Origin: Bacillota bacterium | Lineage (GTDB): Bacteria; Bacillota; Bacilli; ZCTH02-B2 | Assembly: GCA_017577895.2 (NCBI GenBank) | Contig: PKQY02000004.1 | Coordinates: 4,834 to 68,833 of the forward strand | DNA length: 64,000 nt | Reading direction: 5' to 3' | Translations under genes and position numbers: made by a program | The notes under the pieces: generated by a model | The model's input: the letters and a program-made list of their open reading frames with translations, nothing else | Told to the model about the DNA's origin: nothing | Database searches by the model: none | Shown: piece after piece, positions 20,556 through 32,867 of the stretch | How positions within the stretch are numbered: position 1 is the first letter of the stretch | Layout: every line of letters begins with the position of its first letter

Positions 20556-21856
20556 GCTGGCATCCTCCTACCGAAAATTCGGTCCACATACACCGTTTTG
20601 CCGGCCACCAGCGTCATTTTCACGCGGCCTTTCAACGTCATGCCGGCAAAAGGGGTATTGCGGCTTTTGGACAAAAATTGCTCGGGGTCGACAACCCATT
20701 CTTCATCAGGATCGATGACCGTCAAATCGGCGGCTTCCCCGACAGCCACCCGTCCTCCCGGCAACCCCATCACCTTAGCCGGTTCTACTGTCATTTTCCG
20801 CACCGCTTCCATGGCCGTCAACCGTCCGGGATGGACCAGCCGCGTCCAGACGAGTCCCACCGCCGTCTCCAAACCCAACAACCCAAAAGGCGCTTCGGCC
20901 AAAGACCGCGATTTTTCCTGTTCCGTATGGGGAGCGTGGTCCGTGGCAATACAATCCAACGTGCCATCGGCCAGCCCCTGGATGATGGCCTCCACGTCGG
21001 CAGCAGTTCGAAGGGGCGGGTTCACTTTCGCCAACGGCCCCCACTCCAGCACCGCCTCATCGGTCAGCGTAAAATGGTGCGGCGTCGCTTCGGCCGTCAC
21101 CCGCACCCCCCGCTGTTTGGCTTCCCGAATGAGCTGAACGCCCCGGGCGGTGCTGACATGTTGAATGTGCACACGCGCCCCCGTATCTTCCGCAAACAAG
21201 ATGTCGCGGGCGATGATCAACTCTTCCGCCAGAGCCGGAATGCCGGGATCCCCCAGGGCTTCACTCACTTTTCCCCGATGAATGGCCCCTTTGCCGTCGA
21301 CCAAATGGTGCTCTTCGCAATGACTGCTGATGGGAATGTCCAATTCTTTGGCCCAACGGAACGCCTCGTACAAAATGCGGGGATCCATCACCGTTTTGCC
21401 GTCTTCGGTAAACGTCACGGCGCCCGCTTCTTTCAACGCCCGTAAATCGGTCAGCCGTTCGCCTTTCTGGCCGTACGTCAAGCTTGCCGACGGATAGACC
21501 CGAACCGCTGCCGTTCGTTCACTCGTCTCCAGCACGTAGCGAATCTGTTCCGGTGAATCTAACGTTGGCGCCGTGTTGGGCATGCACACCACCGCTGTGA
21601 AGCCGCCGGCGGCTGCCGCCTTTGTGCCCGTTTCAATCGTCTCTTTTTCCGGAAAGCCCGGATCCCGCAAATGGACGTGAATGTCGATCAAACCCGGCGT
21701 GATGAGGCATCCGGCCACGTCCACCACTTCTGCCCCCGACACATCCAATTCGGGCGCAATCTGCGCCACTTTGCCGTCCACGATCAAAATGTCCCGTTTG
21801 GCCTCGGTTCCCGACGCCGGATCCAGCAACAACCCGTTTTTGAACAACCGTTTCAT
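20552..21856 (-). CDS. pyrC: Dihydroorotase (type I)
   Basis: DIHVHLRDPG, MPNT, HCEE, HVST, KVNPPLR, ATDHAPH, SKSRNTPF; ATG overlaps the pyrE stop. Confidence 0.95.
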   Translation of the reverse strand: MKRLFKNGLLLDPASGTEAKRDILIVDGKVAQIAPELDVSGAEVVDVAGCLITPGLIDIHVHLRDPGFPEKETIETGTKAAAAGGFTAVVCMPNTAPTLDSPEQIRYVLETSERTAAVRVYPSASLTYGQKGERLTDLRALKEAGAVTFTEDGKTVMDPRILYEAFRWAKELDIPISSHCEEHHLVDGKGAIHRGKVSEALGDPGIPALAEELIIARDILFAEDTGARVHIQHVSTARGVQLIREAKQRGVRVTAEATPHHFTLTDEAVLEWGPLAKVNPPLRTAADVEAIIQGLADGTLDCIATDHAPHTEQEKSRSLAEAPFGLLGLETAVGLVWTRLVHPGRLTAMEAVRKMTVEPAKVMGLPGGRVAVGEAADLTVIDPDEEWVVDPEQFLSKSRNTPFAGMTLKGRVKMTLVAGKTVYVDRIFGRRMPA

Positions 21857-22476
21857 GATCTGGCCCCCGTTTGATTCGGTTGTTCCGCAAATTGCCGGCT
21901 TCCCGGTTTTTCCACCGGCAACCCTTGTCGGCACAACGGACAATCATGCGGATCATACGTGGCCACGTTCAACCGGATAAACGGATGGAAAGGCACGCCA
22001 AAATCGACTTGCCCGCCGCTGCGATCCACAATGGACGCCACGCCCACCAGCTGGCTGCCGGCCTCTTGAACGAGGCGAATGACTTCCTTTACCGAACCGC
22101 CGGTGGTCACCACATCTTCCACCACCAGCACCCGTTCTCCCGGCTGCAGTCGATATCCGCGGCGCAACGTCATGACGCCCGCTTCCCGTTCTGCGTGCAT
22201 ATAACGGGCGCCTAATGCTCGGGCCGTTTCGTAGGCCACCACGATGCCGCCGATGGCCGGGCCGATGACGACATCGATAGACTGCCCAAAAAACGGCGCG
22301 GCCAGGGCCCGACACACTTTTTCTGCATGCCAAGGATATTGCAACAACAAGGCACACTGCAAATATTGGTCGCTGTGCAAACCGGAGGTCAACAAAAAGT
22401 GTCCCCGTTTGAGCACGCCGGTCTGTTCCAAAATAGCCATGCCTTCTTCTGCCGTGATGGGTCGTTCGTTCTGCAC
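21853..22476 (-). CDS. pyrE: Orotate phosphoribosyltransferase
   Basis: GHFLLTSGLHS, PRPP motif VVEDVVTTGGS, KPGSR; GTG after SD GGAGG. Confidence 0.95.
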   Translation of the reverse strand: MQNERPITAEEGMAILEQTGVLKRGHFLLTSGLHSDQYLQCALLLQYPWHAEKVCRALAAPFFGQSIDVVIGPAIGGIVVAYETARALGARYMHAEREAGVMTLRRGYRLQPGERVLVVEDVVTTGGSVKEVIRLVQEAGSQLVGVASIVDRSGGQVDFGVPFHPFIRLNVATYDPHDCPLCRQGLPVEKPGSRQFAEQPNQTGARS

Positions 22477-22522
22477 CCGTACCCCTCCAAGTCTCGATCC
22501 ATTCGTCTTTCCTGTCATTTTC

Positions 22523-24213
<1,691 letters not shown>

Positions 24214-25065
24214 TCACAGCTCGATCTCGTCGGCCTCAAAGACCGGACCGTCGACGCAAATTTTCCGGTAATTCCGTCCGTCGGAAGCACCGGCCGCCGG
24301 CACGACGCACGCCAAACAAGCTCCGATGCCGCACCCCATGCGCTCTTCCAACGACAGATACCCGCGGACAGACGGACGGAACCCGTTCTGCCGTTGGCGT
24401 GAGGCCCATTCCCGATAATGGGCTTTGACCGCTTTGAGCATTGGCAACGGGCCGCAGGCGTAGTACACTTCCAGCGTGCCGGTCGCCGGTGAGGTATCCG
24501 CCCATTGCGCCAGCCCGTCGGTCACCCGTCCCCGGATGCCCAAACTGCCGTCTTCGGTCGTTACCATCACTTCGCCCAGACGGCGGAACGCCTCCACGTA
24601 AAAGCTGAACCGCGCGGAAGCGAAGCCGAGCACGATGCGCAGCCGATGGCCGCCTGCTGCCAGTCGTTTGGCCAAATAATACAAGGGCGGAATCCCGATG
24701 CCGCCGCCGATGAGGGTGCAAAGAGACGGGGCCGGCGGCTCCGGAAACCCTTGGCCTAACGGCCCGAGCACGTCCACCTTATCTCCCGGCACCCGCCGGC
24801 TCAGCCATTGCGTGCCCTCCCCGTCGACCCGGTACAACAAATGCAACAACCCACTGGTTTCATCGTAATCGAACAGGCTGATAGGACGGCGCAGCAACGG
24901 AAACACCGTGTCGCTGCACCGCAGGTGGAAAAACTGCCCCGGTTGGGCCGGAAAACGTTTCGGTACGTGCAACGTCATGTGATAAACGCCCGGACATACC
25001 GCTTCTTGTTGCACGACTTCCATCAGTTGCAAACGCTCGGACATGAAGAGTCGTTCCGTCATCAT
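24214..25065 (-). CDS. pyrK: Dihydroorotate dehydrogenase electron transfer subunit
   Basis: RRPIS, GPLGQGF, GGGIGIPP, ACGP, [2Fe-2S] motif MGCGIGACLAC...ICVDGPVF. Confidence 0.95.
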   Translation of the reverse strand: MMTERLFMSERLQLMEVVQQEAVCPGVYHMTLHVPKRFPAQPGQFFHLRCSDTVFPLLRRPISLFDYDETSGLLHLLYRVDGEGTQWLSRRVPGDKVDVLGPLGQGFPEPPAPSLCTLIGGGIGIPPLYYLAKRLAAGGHRLRIVLGFASARFSFYVEAFRRLGEVMVTTEDGSLGIRGRVTDGLAQWADTSPATGTLEVYYACGPLPMLKAVKAHYREWASRQRQNGFRPSVRGYLSLEERMGCGIGACLACVVPAAGASDGRNYRKICVDGPVFEADEIEL

Positions 25066-25111
25066 CGGGGCACCTCATTTCTGTTTTATTCCCCGCGTAT
25101 TCCCTGCGGTC

Positions 25112-28100
25112 TTATTCCCCGCGGCTCAACGAACAGGCCGGCATTTCCGTTTTGCCCAACGGCTCCACGTGCATGGCCAGGCGCCCGATGACGGTGAGGA
25201 ACGCCTCGACCGTATCCAGCGATGTCAAACACGGCACGCCGTTTTCCACCGCTTCCCGGCGGATGCGGAAGCCGTCCCTGCGCGGCTCTTTGCCGCGGGT
25301 TAGCGTGTTGATCACCAGCTGCACTTTCCCTTTTCGAATCTCATCGATGATGTTGGGCGAGCCTTCCGACAACTTTTTGACGCGGGTCACTTTCAGTCCG
25401 TGGGCCTCCAAAAAGTCCGCCGTGCCTTGCGTGGCCGCCAACTGGAAGCCCAAGTTGACGAAGCGCCGCAACAGCGGCAACGCCTCCGGTTTGTCTTTGT
25501 CGGCAATGGTCGCCAAAATGCGCCCTTCTTCCGGCACGCGGATGCCTGCCGCCAACAATCCTTTGTACAGCGCTTTGGCCAAATCGGTGTCGCGGCCCAT
25601 CACTTCGCCCGTCGATTTCATTTCCGGACCGAGCGTCGGTTCGACCCGCCGCAGCTTGGCGAAGGAAAAGACCGGCACTTTCACCGCCACCGTGTCCAGG
25701 ACCGGGAGGGCGCCGCCGGGATAGCCCAATTCCCGAAGACGTTTGCCCAGTATCAATTGAGTTGCCAGATGGGCCATGGGCACGCCCGTCACTTTGCTCA
25801 TAAACGGCACGGTGCGGGAAGCCCGCGGGTTCACTTCAATGACATAGACATCGTCCTGGACGACGACGAATTGAATGTTCAGCATGCCTTTCACTTGCAG
25901 CGCTCGGGCGATGCGGACGGTATAATCCACCAGTTTTTCCTGCGCCGCCGCCGAAATGCTTTGCAGCGGGTAGACGGCGATGGAGTCGCCGGAATGCACC
26001 CCGGCCCGTTCGATGTGCTCCATCATCCCGGGAATGAGGACGTCCTCCCCATCGGACAAGGCATCCACTTCCACTTCTTTGCCCTGCATGTACCGGTCAA
26101 TCAACACCGGATGTTCGTGGCTGGCCCGCACCGCTTCTTCCATATATTCCCGCAACTCGTCTTCGTTGTCGACGATCTCCATGGCTCGTCCACCCAGCAC
26201 ATACGAGGGGCGCACCAACACGGGGAAGCCCAGTTCGCGGGCCACCTCCAGCGCCTCTTCCGCAGCGTAAACGGTGCGGCCCGGCGGTTGGGGTATGTTC
26301 AAGGTACGGAGCAGTTGTTCAAACCGCCGGCGGTCTTCCGCCGTATCGATGCTGTCCAGCGAGGTTCCCAACACGCGGTAACCGGCTGCTTCCACATCGG
26401 CCGCCAAATTCAACGCCGTCTGACCGCCAAATTGCACGATGACCCCGATGGGCTGTTCTTTTTCGAGAATGTGCAGCACATCTTCGCGGTGTAACGGTTC
26501 AAAATAAAGCCGATCCGAAATGTCAAAATCGGTGGAGACGGTCTCTGGGTTGTTGTTGATCATGACCGCTTCCAGACCGGCGGCACGGATGGCCTGCACG
26601 GCGTGGACGGTGGCATAGTCAAACTCAATGCCTTGACCGATGCGGATCGGACCGGAACCCAATACGACCACGACCGGTTTGGTCCCTGGGCGCCATTCAT
26701 CCTCTTCTGCGTACGTCGAATAGTAATACGGCGTCTGGGCAGGAAATTCGCCAGCACACGTGTCCACCATCTTATAAACCGGACGGATGCCGTACGATTT
26801 CCGGAGTTCCCGAATCGCTTCTTCACTCGTCCCGCACAAGGCGGCAATGCGCGAATCGGAAAAACCGGCCCGTTTCGCCTGCCACAACAAGGTCCGATCC
26901 GGTTGTTCCCCTATGTTTTTCAACTGCTGCTCCATCTGCACCAAGCCGGCGATTTTGTTCAGGAAAAACCGATCAATGGCCGTCAAACGGTGGATCTCCT
27001 CCACGCTGTATCCCCGCCGGAACGCCTCCGCCAACAAGAACAGCCGCTGGTCATCCGGTTGACGCAACCGCTGACGCAACGCGTCGTCCGGCAACGTTTC
27101 ATGCTCCGCCAACAACAGGCCGTCGGCGCCGATTTCCAACGAACGGACAGCTTTTTGCAGCGACTCTTCGAACGTGCGGCCGATGGCCATCACTTCGCCC
27201 GTCGCTTTCATTTGAGTTCCCAGTTTACGGTTGGCGTGGGAAAATTTATCAAACGGCCAGCGGGGAATTTTCGTCACCACATAATCCAACGTCGGCTCAA
27301 AAAAGGCGTACGTCTGTCCCGTCACCGGATTTTTCAGTTCATCCAGCGTGTAGCCGATGGCGATTTTTGTTGCCATTTTGGCGATGGGGTAGCCGCTGGC
27401 TTTCGACGCCAGCGCGCTGGAACGGCTCAATCGGGGGTTGACCTCGATGACAAAATACCGGTTGCTGGACGGATCCAGTGCCAGCTGGACGTTGCAGCCC
27501 CCTTCGATGCCCAGCGCCCGCACAATGGTGATGGCCACTTCCCGCAGCATTTGGACTTGTCGATCCGACAGCGTCAGGCAAGGAGCCACGACGATGCTGT
27601 CCCCGGTGTGGACCCCCACCGGGTCGATGTTTTCCATGCTGCAAACGGCGATACAATGGTCGGCACTGTCCCGGATCACCTCAAACTCGATCTCTTTCCA
27701 GCCGCGGATACTCTGCTCGATGAGGCACTGTCCAATCGGGCTGAGCTGTAAACCGTTGGTGACGATATCGATTAAGTCTTCCCGATCCTCGGCGATGCCG
27801 CCGCCGGTACCACCGAGCGTAAACGCCGGGCGCACCACAACCGGATAACCGACTTTCTCCGCAAAGGCCACCGCATCTTCCACCCGGTTTACGGTGACGC
27901 TGTCCGGGATCGGTTGTTGCAGCTGCTGCATCAATTGTCTGAACGCCTCGCGGTCTTCCGCCATTTGGATGGCATCGAGTTTCGTTCCCAAAAGGCGGAC
28001 GCCATACTGCCGGAGGATGCCCTCTTCTTCCAGCTCCATGGCCAAATTCAGGGCCGTCTGTCCTCCAAGCGTCGCCAGCAAACCGTCCGGCCGTTCTTTG

Positions 28101-28336
28101 CGGATAATCCGCGTCACAAAATCCAGCGTCAACGGTTCGACGTAAATGTGATCGGCCATTCCCGGGTCCGTCATGATCGTCGCCGGGTTGCTGTTGATGA
28201 GGACGACTTCCAACCCTTCTTCTTTCAGCGCCCGGCACGCTTGTGTGCCGGCATAGTCAAACTCGGCGGCTTGACCGATGACGATGGGACCGGAACCGAT
28301 GACCATGACTTTTTTCAAATCTTGCATCTTGGGCAT
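25112..28336 (-). CDS. carB: Carbamoyl-phosphate synthase large subunit
   Basis: [17 protein letters not shown], duplicated ATP-grasp domains, C-terminal MGS domain; 1074 aa. Confidence 0.97.
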   Translation of the reverse strand: MPKMQDLKKVMVIGSGPIVIGQAAEFDYAGTQACRALKEEGLEVVLINSNPATIMTDPGMADHIYVEPLTLDFVTRIIRKERPDGLLATLGGQTALNLAMELEEEGILRQYGVRLLGTKLDAIQMAEDREAFRQLMQQLQQPIPDSVTVNRVEDAVAFAEKVGYPVVVRPAFTLGGTGGGIAEDREDLIDIVTNGLQLSPIGQCLIEQSIRGWKEIEFEVIRDSADHCIAVCSMENIDPVGVHTGDSIVVAPCLTLSDRQVQMLREVAITIVRALGIEGGCNVQLALDPSSNRYFVIEVNPRLSRSSALASKASGYPIAKMATKIAIGYTLDELKNPVTGQTYAFFEPTLDYVVTKIPRWPFDKFSHANRKLGTQMKATGEVMAIGRTFEESLQKAVRSLEIGADGLLLAEHETLPDDALRQRLRQPDDQRLFLLAEAFRRGYSVEEIHRLTAIDRFFLNKIAGLVQMEQQLKNIGEQPDRTLLWQAKRAGFSDSRIAALCGTSEEAIRELRKSYGIRPVYKMVDTCAGEFPAQTPYYYSTYAEEDEWRPGTKPVVVVLGSGPIRIGQGIEFDYATVHAVQAIRAAGLEAVMINNNPETVSTDFDISDRLYFEPLHREDVLHILEKEQPIGVIVQFGGQTALNLAADVEAAGYRVLGTSLDSIDTAEDRRRFEQLLRTLNIPQPPGRTVYAAEEALEVARELGFPVLVRPSYVLGGRAMEIVDNEDELREYMEEAVRASHEHPVLIDRYMQGKEVEVDALSDGEDVLIPGMMEHIERAGVHSGDSIAVYPLQSISAAAQEKLVDYTVRIARALQVKGMLNIQFVVVQDDVYVIEVNPRASRTVPFMSKVTGVPMAHLATQLILGKRLRELGYPGGALPVLDTVAVKVPVFSFAKLRRVEPTLGPEMKSTGEVMGRDTDLAKALYKGLLAAGIRVPEEGRILATIADKDKPEALPLLRRFVNLGFQLAATQGTADFLEAHGLKVTRVKKLSEGSPNIIDEIRKGKVQLVINTLTRGKEPRRDGFRIRREAVENGVPCLTSLDTVEAFLTVIGRLAMHVEPLGKTEMPACSLSRGE

Positions 28337-29439
28337 TATGCCATCCCTCCCCGTTGGTCATCCATCATCCGCACAAACTCTTGCAACAAGAAGCACGTAT
28401 CCGTCGGACCGGGATGCGCATCGGGGTGAAACTGCACCGAGAACGCCGGACGCGTTTTATGCCGCAACCCTTCTACCGACCGGTCGTGCAACAGTCGGTG
28501 CGTCACCACCAAGCCGGTATCCTCCAGGGAGGCTTCAACGACTTCATAACTGTGGTGTTGCGCGGTAATCCAACCTTTTCCGGTCTCGACATCAAGGACA
28601 GGGTAATTGGTGCCGTGATGGCCCAGATGCATTTTCTGCACCTGGCCGCCGCAAGCCAACGCCAACAACTGATGGCCCAAGCCGACACCGAACAGCGGAT
28701 AACGTTCAACCAAGGCCGCAATCGTCGGCAACAAAGACGACAACTCCCGCGGATCCCCCGGTCCATTGGAAAGAAACACGCCATCCGGTGACCAGGAAGC
28801 GATGGTGTCGAGATCAGTATTGTACGGTGCCTGAATGACTTGGCATCCAGCCTGCAACAATGCCTCGACAAAACTCCGTTTTACGCCGAAATCGAGGACG
28901 ACCACTGTCCGGCGCGGCGCGGCATCCTGGGGCGACCATCGCTGCACGCATCGAGTGGAAACCCGTTCCACGGGATGCGCGGCCGGAGCAGCTTGCAGCA
29001 ACGTCTTCACTGTTTCCGGCGGCACGGTTTCCGAGCCGCTGACCAGCACGCCTCTCATGGCGCCATGGTCGCGCAAGTGCCGCGCCAACTGGCGCGTGTC
29101 AATCCCGTACAAGCCGACAATGCCGTAACGGCGCAACCACTCATCGAGACACAACCGCTCCGCATCGGTGGCGATGCCGTCCGGCTCGTTGACAATCAAC
29201 GCCTGCAGCGCCGGTTCCGGTTCATGTTCCCGAAGCGGAAGAAGACCGCTGTTGCCGGCCAGCGGGTACGTCATCAGTACAACATGCCCGGCATACGTCG
29301 GATCGACCAAAATTTCCCGCAATCCGGACATGCTCGTCTGTACGACCACTTCTCCGACCGCCGTTCCGGTGGCCCCCAAGGCCTTGCCGACAAACCGGGT
29401 CCCATCTTCCAAGTACAGTATGGCTTCCATCTGTCCCAT
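28336..29439 (-). CDS. carA: Carbamoyl-phosphate synthase small subunit with a degenerate glutaminase site
   Basis: [41 protein letters not shown]. The nucleophile loop reads GVGLGHQ rather than GICLGHQ. Start 29439 or 29430. Confidence 0.93.
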   Translation of the reverse strand: MGQMEAILYLEDGTRFVGKALGATGTAVGEVVVQTSMSGLREILVDPTYAGHVVLMTYPLAGNSGLLPLREHEPEPALQALIVNEPDGIATDAERLCLDEWLRRYGIVGLYGIDTRQLARHLRDHGAMRGVLVSGSETVPPETVKTLLQAAPAAHPVERVSTRCVQRWSPQDAAPRRTVVVLDFGVKRSFVEALLQAGCQVIQAPYNTDLDTIASWSPDGVFLSNGPGDPRELSSLLPTIAALVERYPLFGVGLGHQLLALACGGQVQKMHLGHHGTNYPVLDVETGKGWITAQHHSYEVVEASLEDTGLVVTHRLLHDRSVEGLRHKTRPAFSVQFHPDAHPGPTDTCFLLQEFVRMMDDQRGGMA

Positions 29440-29489
29440 CCTTCCTCCGCTGCTCAAATCTCATCCACTTGCCTTTCGTCCACTGGCAT

Positions 29490-30410
29490 TTATCGAATCG
29501 ATGCGGCCTCCGAGGCACGATGGGGCCGCCGTTGCTGAATAAGCTCTTCCAATACCGCCATGCGTACGGCGACACCGTTTTTCACCTGTTGAAAAATGAC
29601 CGACTGCGGGTGTTCCACCACTTCACTGTCAATTTCGACATCCCGGTTGACCGGCGACGGGTGCATGATGATGGCATGCGGTTTCAGCAGTCGGGCCCGG
29701 TTGACCGTCAACCCGAACAATTGCCGGTAGGCTTTGAAATCCGGAATTTCCATGACCGACATGCGCTCTTTTTGAACCCGCAGCATCATGACCACGTCCG
29801 CCTGCAACGCTTCCTCTATGGGGACAATGCGGACACCCGCCGGCACTTGTTTCGGCATCCAGGATGAAGGGCCACTCAACAAAATTTCCATCCCTAACCG
29901 GGGCAAAAGGTTGAGATGGGAACCGGCCACGCGGCTGTGGACCACGTCGCCGATTATGGCCACCGACAATCCGGATAGTCTGCCAAAGGCCTGTTTGATG
30001 GTCAACACGTCCAACAGACATTGGGTGGGATGCTCATGGGTCCCCTCCCCGGCATTGATGATTGGCGCCGTTCCCAATTGGGCCAACCGGCTCATAACAC
30101 CGTTTTCCCCATGCCGAATCACCATGGCGTCCACGCCCATGGCGTCGATGGTCCGGACCGTGTCCTCCAGACTTTCGCCTTTTTCCATACTGGAGGACGT
30201 CGGCTGGAAATTCAACGTCTCCCCGCCGAGCCGCTTGACGGCCAGCTCGAACGAGAAGCGGGTCCGGGTGCTCGGTTCGAAAAACAAGTTGGCCACCACC
30301 GCTTGGGCCAACGTTTGGCCCACCGGGTGAGCGAGGCGGTATTCCGCCCGTTCCAAAATCGTTTCGACGTCATCCGCCGTCAACGTGGCCACTGAAATCA
30401 AATGTCGCAT
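29490..30410 (-). CDS. pyrB: Aspartate carbamoyltransferase catalytic subunit
   Basis: FFEPSTRTRFSFE, KGESLEDT, HPTQ, HSRVA, RVQKER, MHPSPVNR; SD GGAGG. Confidence 0.96.
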   Translation of the reverse strand: MRHLISVATLTADDVETILERAEYRLAHPVGQTLAQAVVANLFFEPSTRTRFSFELAVKRLGGETLNFQPTSSSMEKGESLEDTVRTIDAMGVDAMVIRHGENGVMSRLAQLGTAPIINAGEGTHEHPTQCLLDVLTIKQAFGRLSGLSVAIIGDVVHSRVAGSHLNLLPRLGMEILLSGPSSWMPKQVPAGVRIVPIEEALQADVVMMLRVQKERMSVMEIPDFKAYRQLFGLTVNRARLLKPHAIIMHPSPVNRDVEIDSEVVEHPQSVIFQQVKNGVAVRMAVLEELIQQRRPHRASEAASIR

Positions 30411-30447
30411 GATTTCCCTCCTCCAATTGGCCCTTGGGCCGGGCACC

Positions 30448-30481
30448 AAAAAAGCTCTTTGCCGATTTCGGCAAAGAGCTT
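30448..30481 (-). terminator. Attenuator terminator upstream of pyrB
   Basis: AGCTCTTTGCC-gaaatc-GGCAAAGAGCT followed by a T run; its 5' arm (CTCTTTGCC) can alternatively pair with GGCAAGGAG from the PyrR loop to form an antiterminator. Confidence 0.9.
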
Positions 30482-30533
30482 GTCAAAGGCACGCGCAACA
30501 CGGCCTCCGCCGCGTGCGACAGGGCTTTTCTAC

Positions 30534-30566
30534 TCCTTGCCGGCCTCTCTGGACCTGCTTAAAGGA
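30534..30566 (-). promoter_or_regulatory. PyrR-binding loop (anti-antiterminator) before pyrB
   Basis: CCTTTAA-gca-GGTCCAGAGAGGC-cggcAAGG matches the PyrR binding-loop pattern CUUUAA...RUCCNGNGAGGY. Confidence 0.9.
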
Positions 30567-30577
30567 TCGTTTTTCCC

Positions 30578-31261
<684 letters not shown>

Positions 31262-31273
31262 TCGTTTGCCCGT

Positions 31274-31292
31274 TTACAATTTGTTACAATTT
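31274..31292. repeat. Tandem direct repeat TTACAATTT x2 (10-bp period) upstream of the pyr -35
   Basis: TTACAATTT at 31274-31282 and 31284-31292. Confidence 0.6.
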
Positions 31293-31320
31293 CTGAAACG
31301 CCGCCGTTCTGCCTTTGGAT

Positions 31321-32253
31321 TCATGACCGCTCCGCTGTCAGCCGCCGTAAAAGGGTCCGCATATCTTCCGGCAACGGCGCTTCAAACCGCATCCATTGAT
31401 GGGTGCGTGGATGGACGAATCCCAGCACCGCCGCGTGCAACGCCTGGCCGGCGATGGGCAAGGTGCGGCGCGGGCCGTACTTCGGATCCCCGGCCACCGG
31501 ATGGCCGATATATTTCATGTGCACCCGGATTTGATGCGTTCGTCCCGTCTCCAATCGCAAGCGCAGCAACGTATAATTGGCAAAACGTTGCTCCACGACG
31601 AAATGGGTGACGGCCCGTTTGCCCCCTTTTTCTACCACCGCCATCCGTTGCCGATCCGTCGGGTCTCGCCCAATGGGCGCATCGATGGTCCCTCGGTCGG
31701 CGGACACCTTTCCATGGACGATGGCCACGTACTCCCGCTCAACGGTATGTTCGGCCAACTGCTTGGCCAAGTGCACATGGGCCGCATCATGCTTGGCCAC
31801 CATCAGCAAACCGGAGGTATCTTTGTCGATCCGGTGCACGATGCCGGGGCGCAAGACGCCGTTAATGCCTGACAAGTCGCGGCAGTGGTAGAGCAAACCG
31901 TTGACCAACGTGCCGGTTTCATGCCCCGGAGCCGGATGGACGACCATCCCCCGGGGTTTATCGATGACCAACAAGTCGGCATCTTCGTAAACGATGGATA
32001 ACGGCAACGGCTCCGGCACTACTTGCAGCGGAACGGCTTCCGGCACCTCCACTTGCACCACGTCGTCGACGCCCAAGCGATAACTGGCCTTGACCGGGCG
32101 TTCATTCACCGTCACACGGCCATCTTTGATCCATTGCTGGACTTTGGAACGGGAAACATCCCCCAGCTGGTTGGCCAAAAACTTGTCCAACCGCTCTCCC
32201 GCATCTTCCACTTCGATCTCCCACGAATATCGTGCGGCTTTCGCGTCCGTCAT
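31321..32253 (-). CDS. rluD: RluD-type 23S rRNA pseudouridine synthase (YlyB)
   Basis: S4 domain (RLDKFL, SRSKVQ), KPRGMVVHP, HRIDKDTSGL, TGRTHQIRVH; lspA-rluD-pyrR synteny. Confidence 0.93.
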   Translation of the reverse strand: MTDAKAARYSWEIEVEDAGERLDKFLANQLGDVSRSKVQQWIKDGRVTVNERPVKASYRLGVDDVVQVEVPEAVPLQVVPEPLPLSIVYEDADLLVIDKPRGMVVHPAPGHETGTLVNGLLYHCRDLSGINGVLRPGIVHRIDKDTSGLLMVAKHDAAHVHLAKQLAEHTVEREYVAIVHGKVSADRGTIDAPIGRDPTDRQRMAVVEKGGKRAVTHFVVEQRFANYTLLRLRLETGRTHQIRVHMKYIGHPVAGDPKYGPRRTLPIAGQALHAAVLGFVHPRTHQWMRFEAPLPEDMRTLLRRLTAERS

Positions 32254-32255
32254 TC

Positions 32256-32771
32256 TCACTCACCGGATGGCCTTTCGTGATCGTTCGCCGAACGCTCGGA
32301 CAGCTTCGCCGCCATCCTCGTTTCCCGCGCACCGCCGCGCCAAAGCATCAGGGCCAACAAGACACCGCCGATGACCACTGCCGAATCGGCCACATTAAAA
32401 ATCGGATAATGGTAACCAAAGATGCGCACATCGATAAAGTCGACCACTTCCCCAAACCGGATGCGATCCAACAGATTGCCCACCGCTCCGCCTAAAATGA
32501 GGCTGAGGGACCAACAAAGGGGCTCATCGTGCCGCATTTTCCAAAAAGCGTACACGATGACGGCGACCACCGCCACCGTCACGACGATAAACAGCCAACG
32601 TTGGCCTTGCAAAATGCCGAAGGCGGCCCCCGCATTGCGATGGGAAGTCAAGTACAACCAATGTTCAATGAGCGGAATGGACTCCCCCAAATCCATCTTT
32701 TCTGCGACCAACTTTTTCGTCCATTGGTCGAGGCACAAAATGAGCAAGGCTGCCCCATAATATTTCCACAT
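32256..32771 (-). CDS. lspA: Lipoprotein signal peptidase II
   Basis: DQWTK, NAGAAFG, GAVGNLLDR, VVDFI, FNVAD. Confidence 0.96.
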   Translation of the reverse strand: MWKYYGAALLILCLDQWTKKLVAEKMDLGESIPLIEHWLYLTSHRNAGAAFGILQGQRWLFIVVTVAVVAVIVYAFWKMRHDEPLCWSLSLILGGAVGNLLDRIRFGEVVDFIDVRIFGYHYPIFNVADSAVVIGGVLLALMLWRGGARETRMAAKLSERSANDHERPSGE

Positions 32772-32800
32772 GTTGTAGCCGTCCTTTCCTTTCGGTAACA

Positions 32801-32832
32801 AAAAGTACAAAACGAGGCGGAAGCCGCCTCGT
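32801..32832 (-). terminator. Intrinsic terminator after ileS
   Basis: ACGAGGCGG-ctt-CCGCCTCGT followed by TTTGTACTTTT. Confidence 0.75.
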
Positions 32833-32867
32833 CTCTTGTGTGCATCGTCCTTCGCATCGTTGGACCA

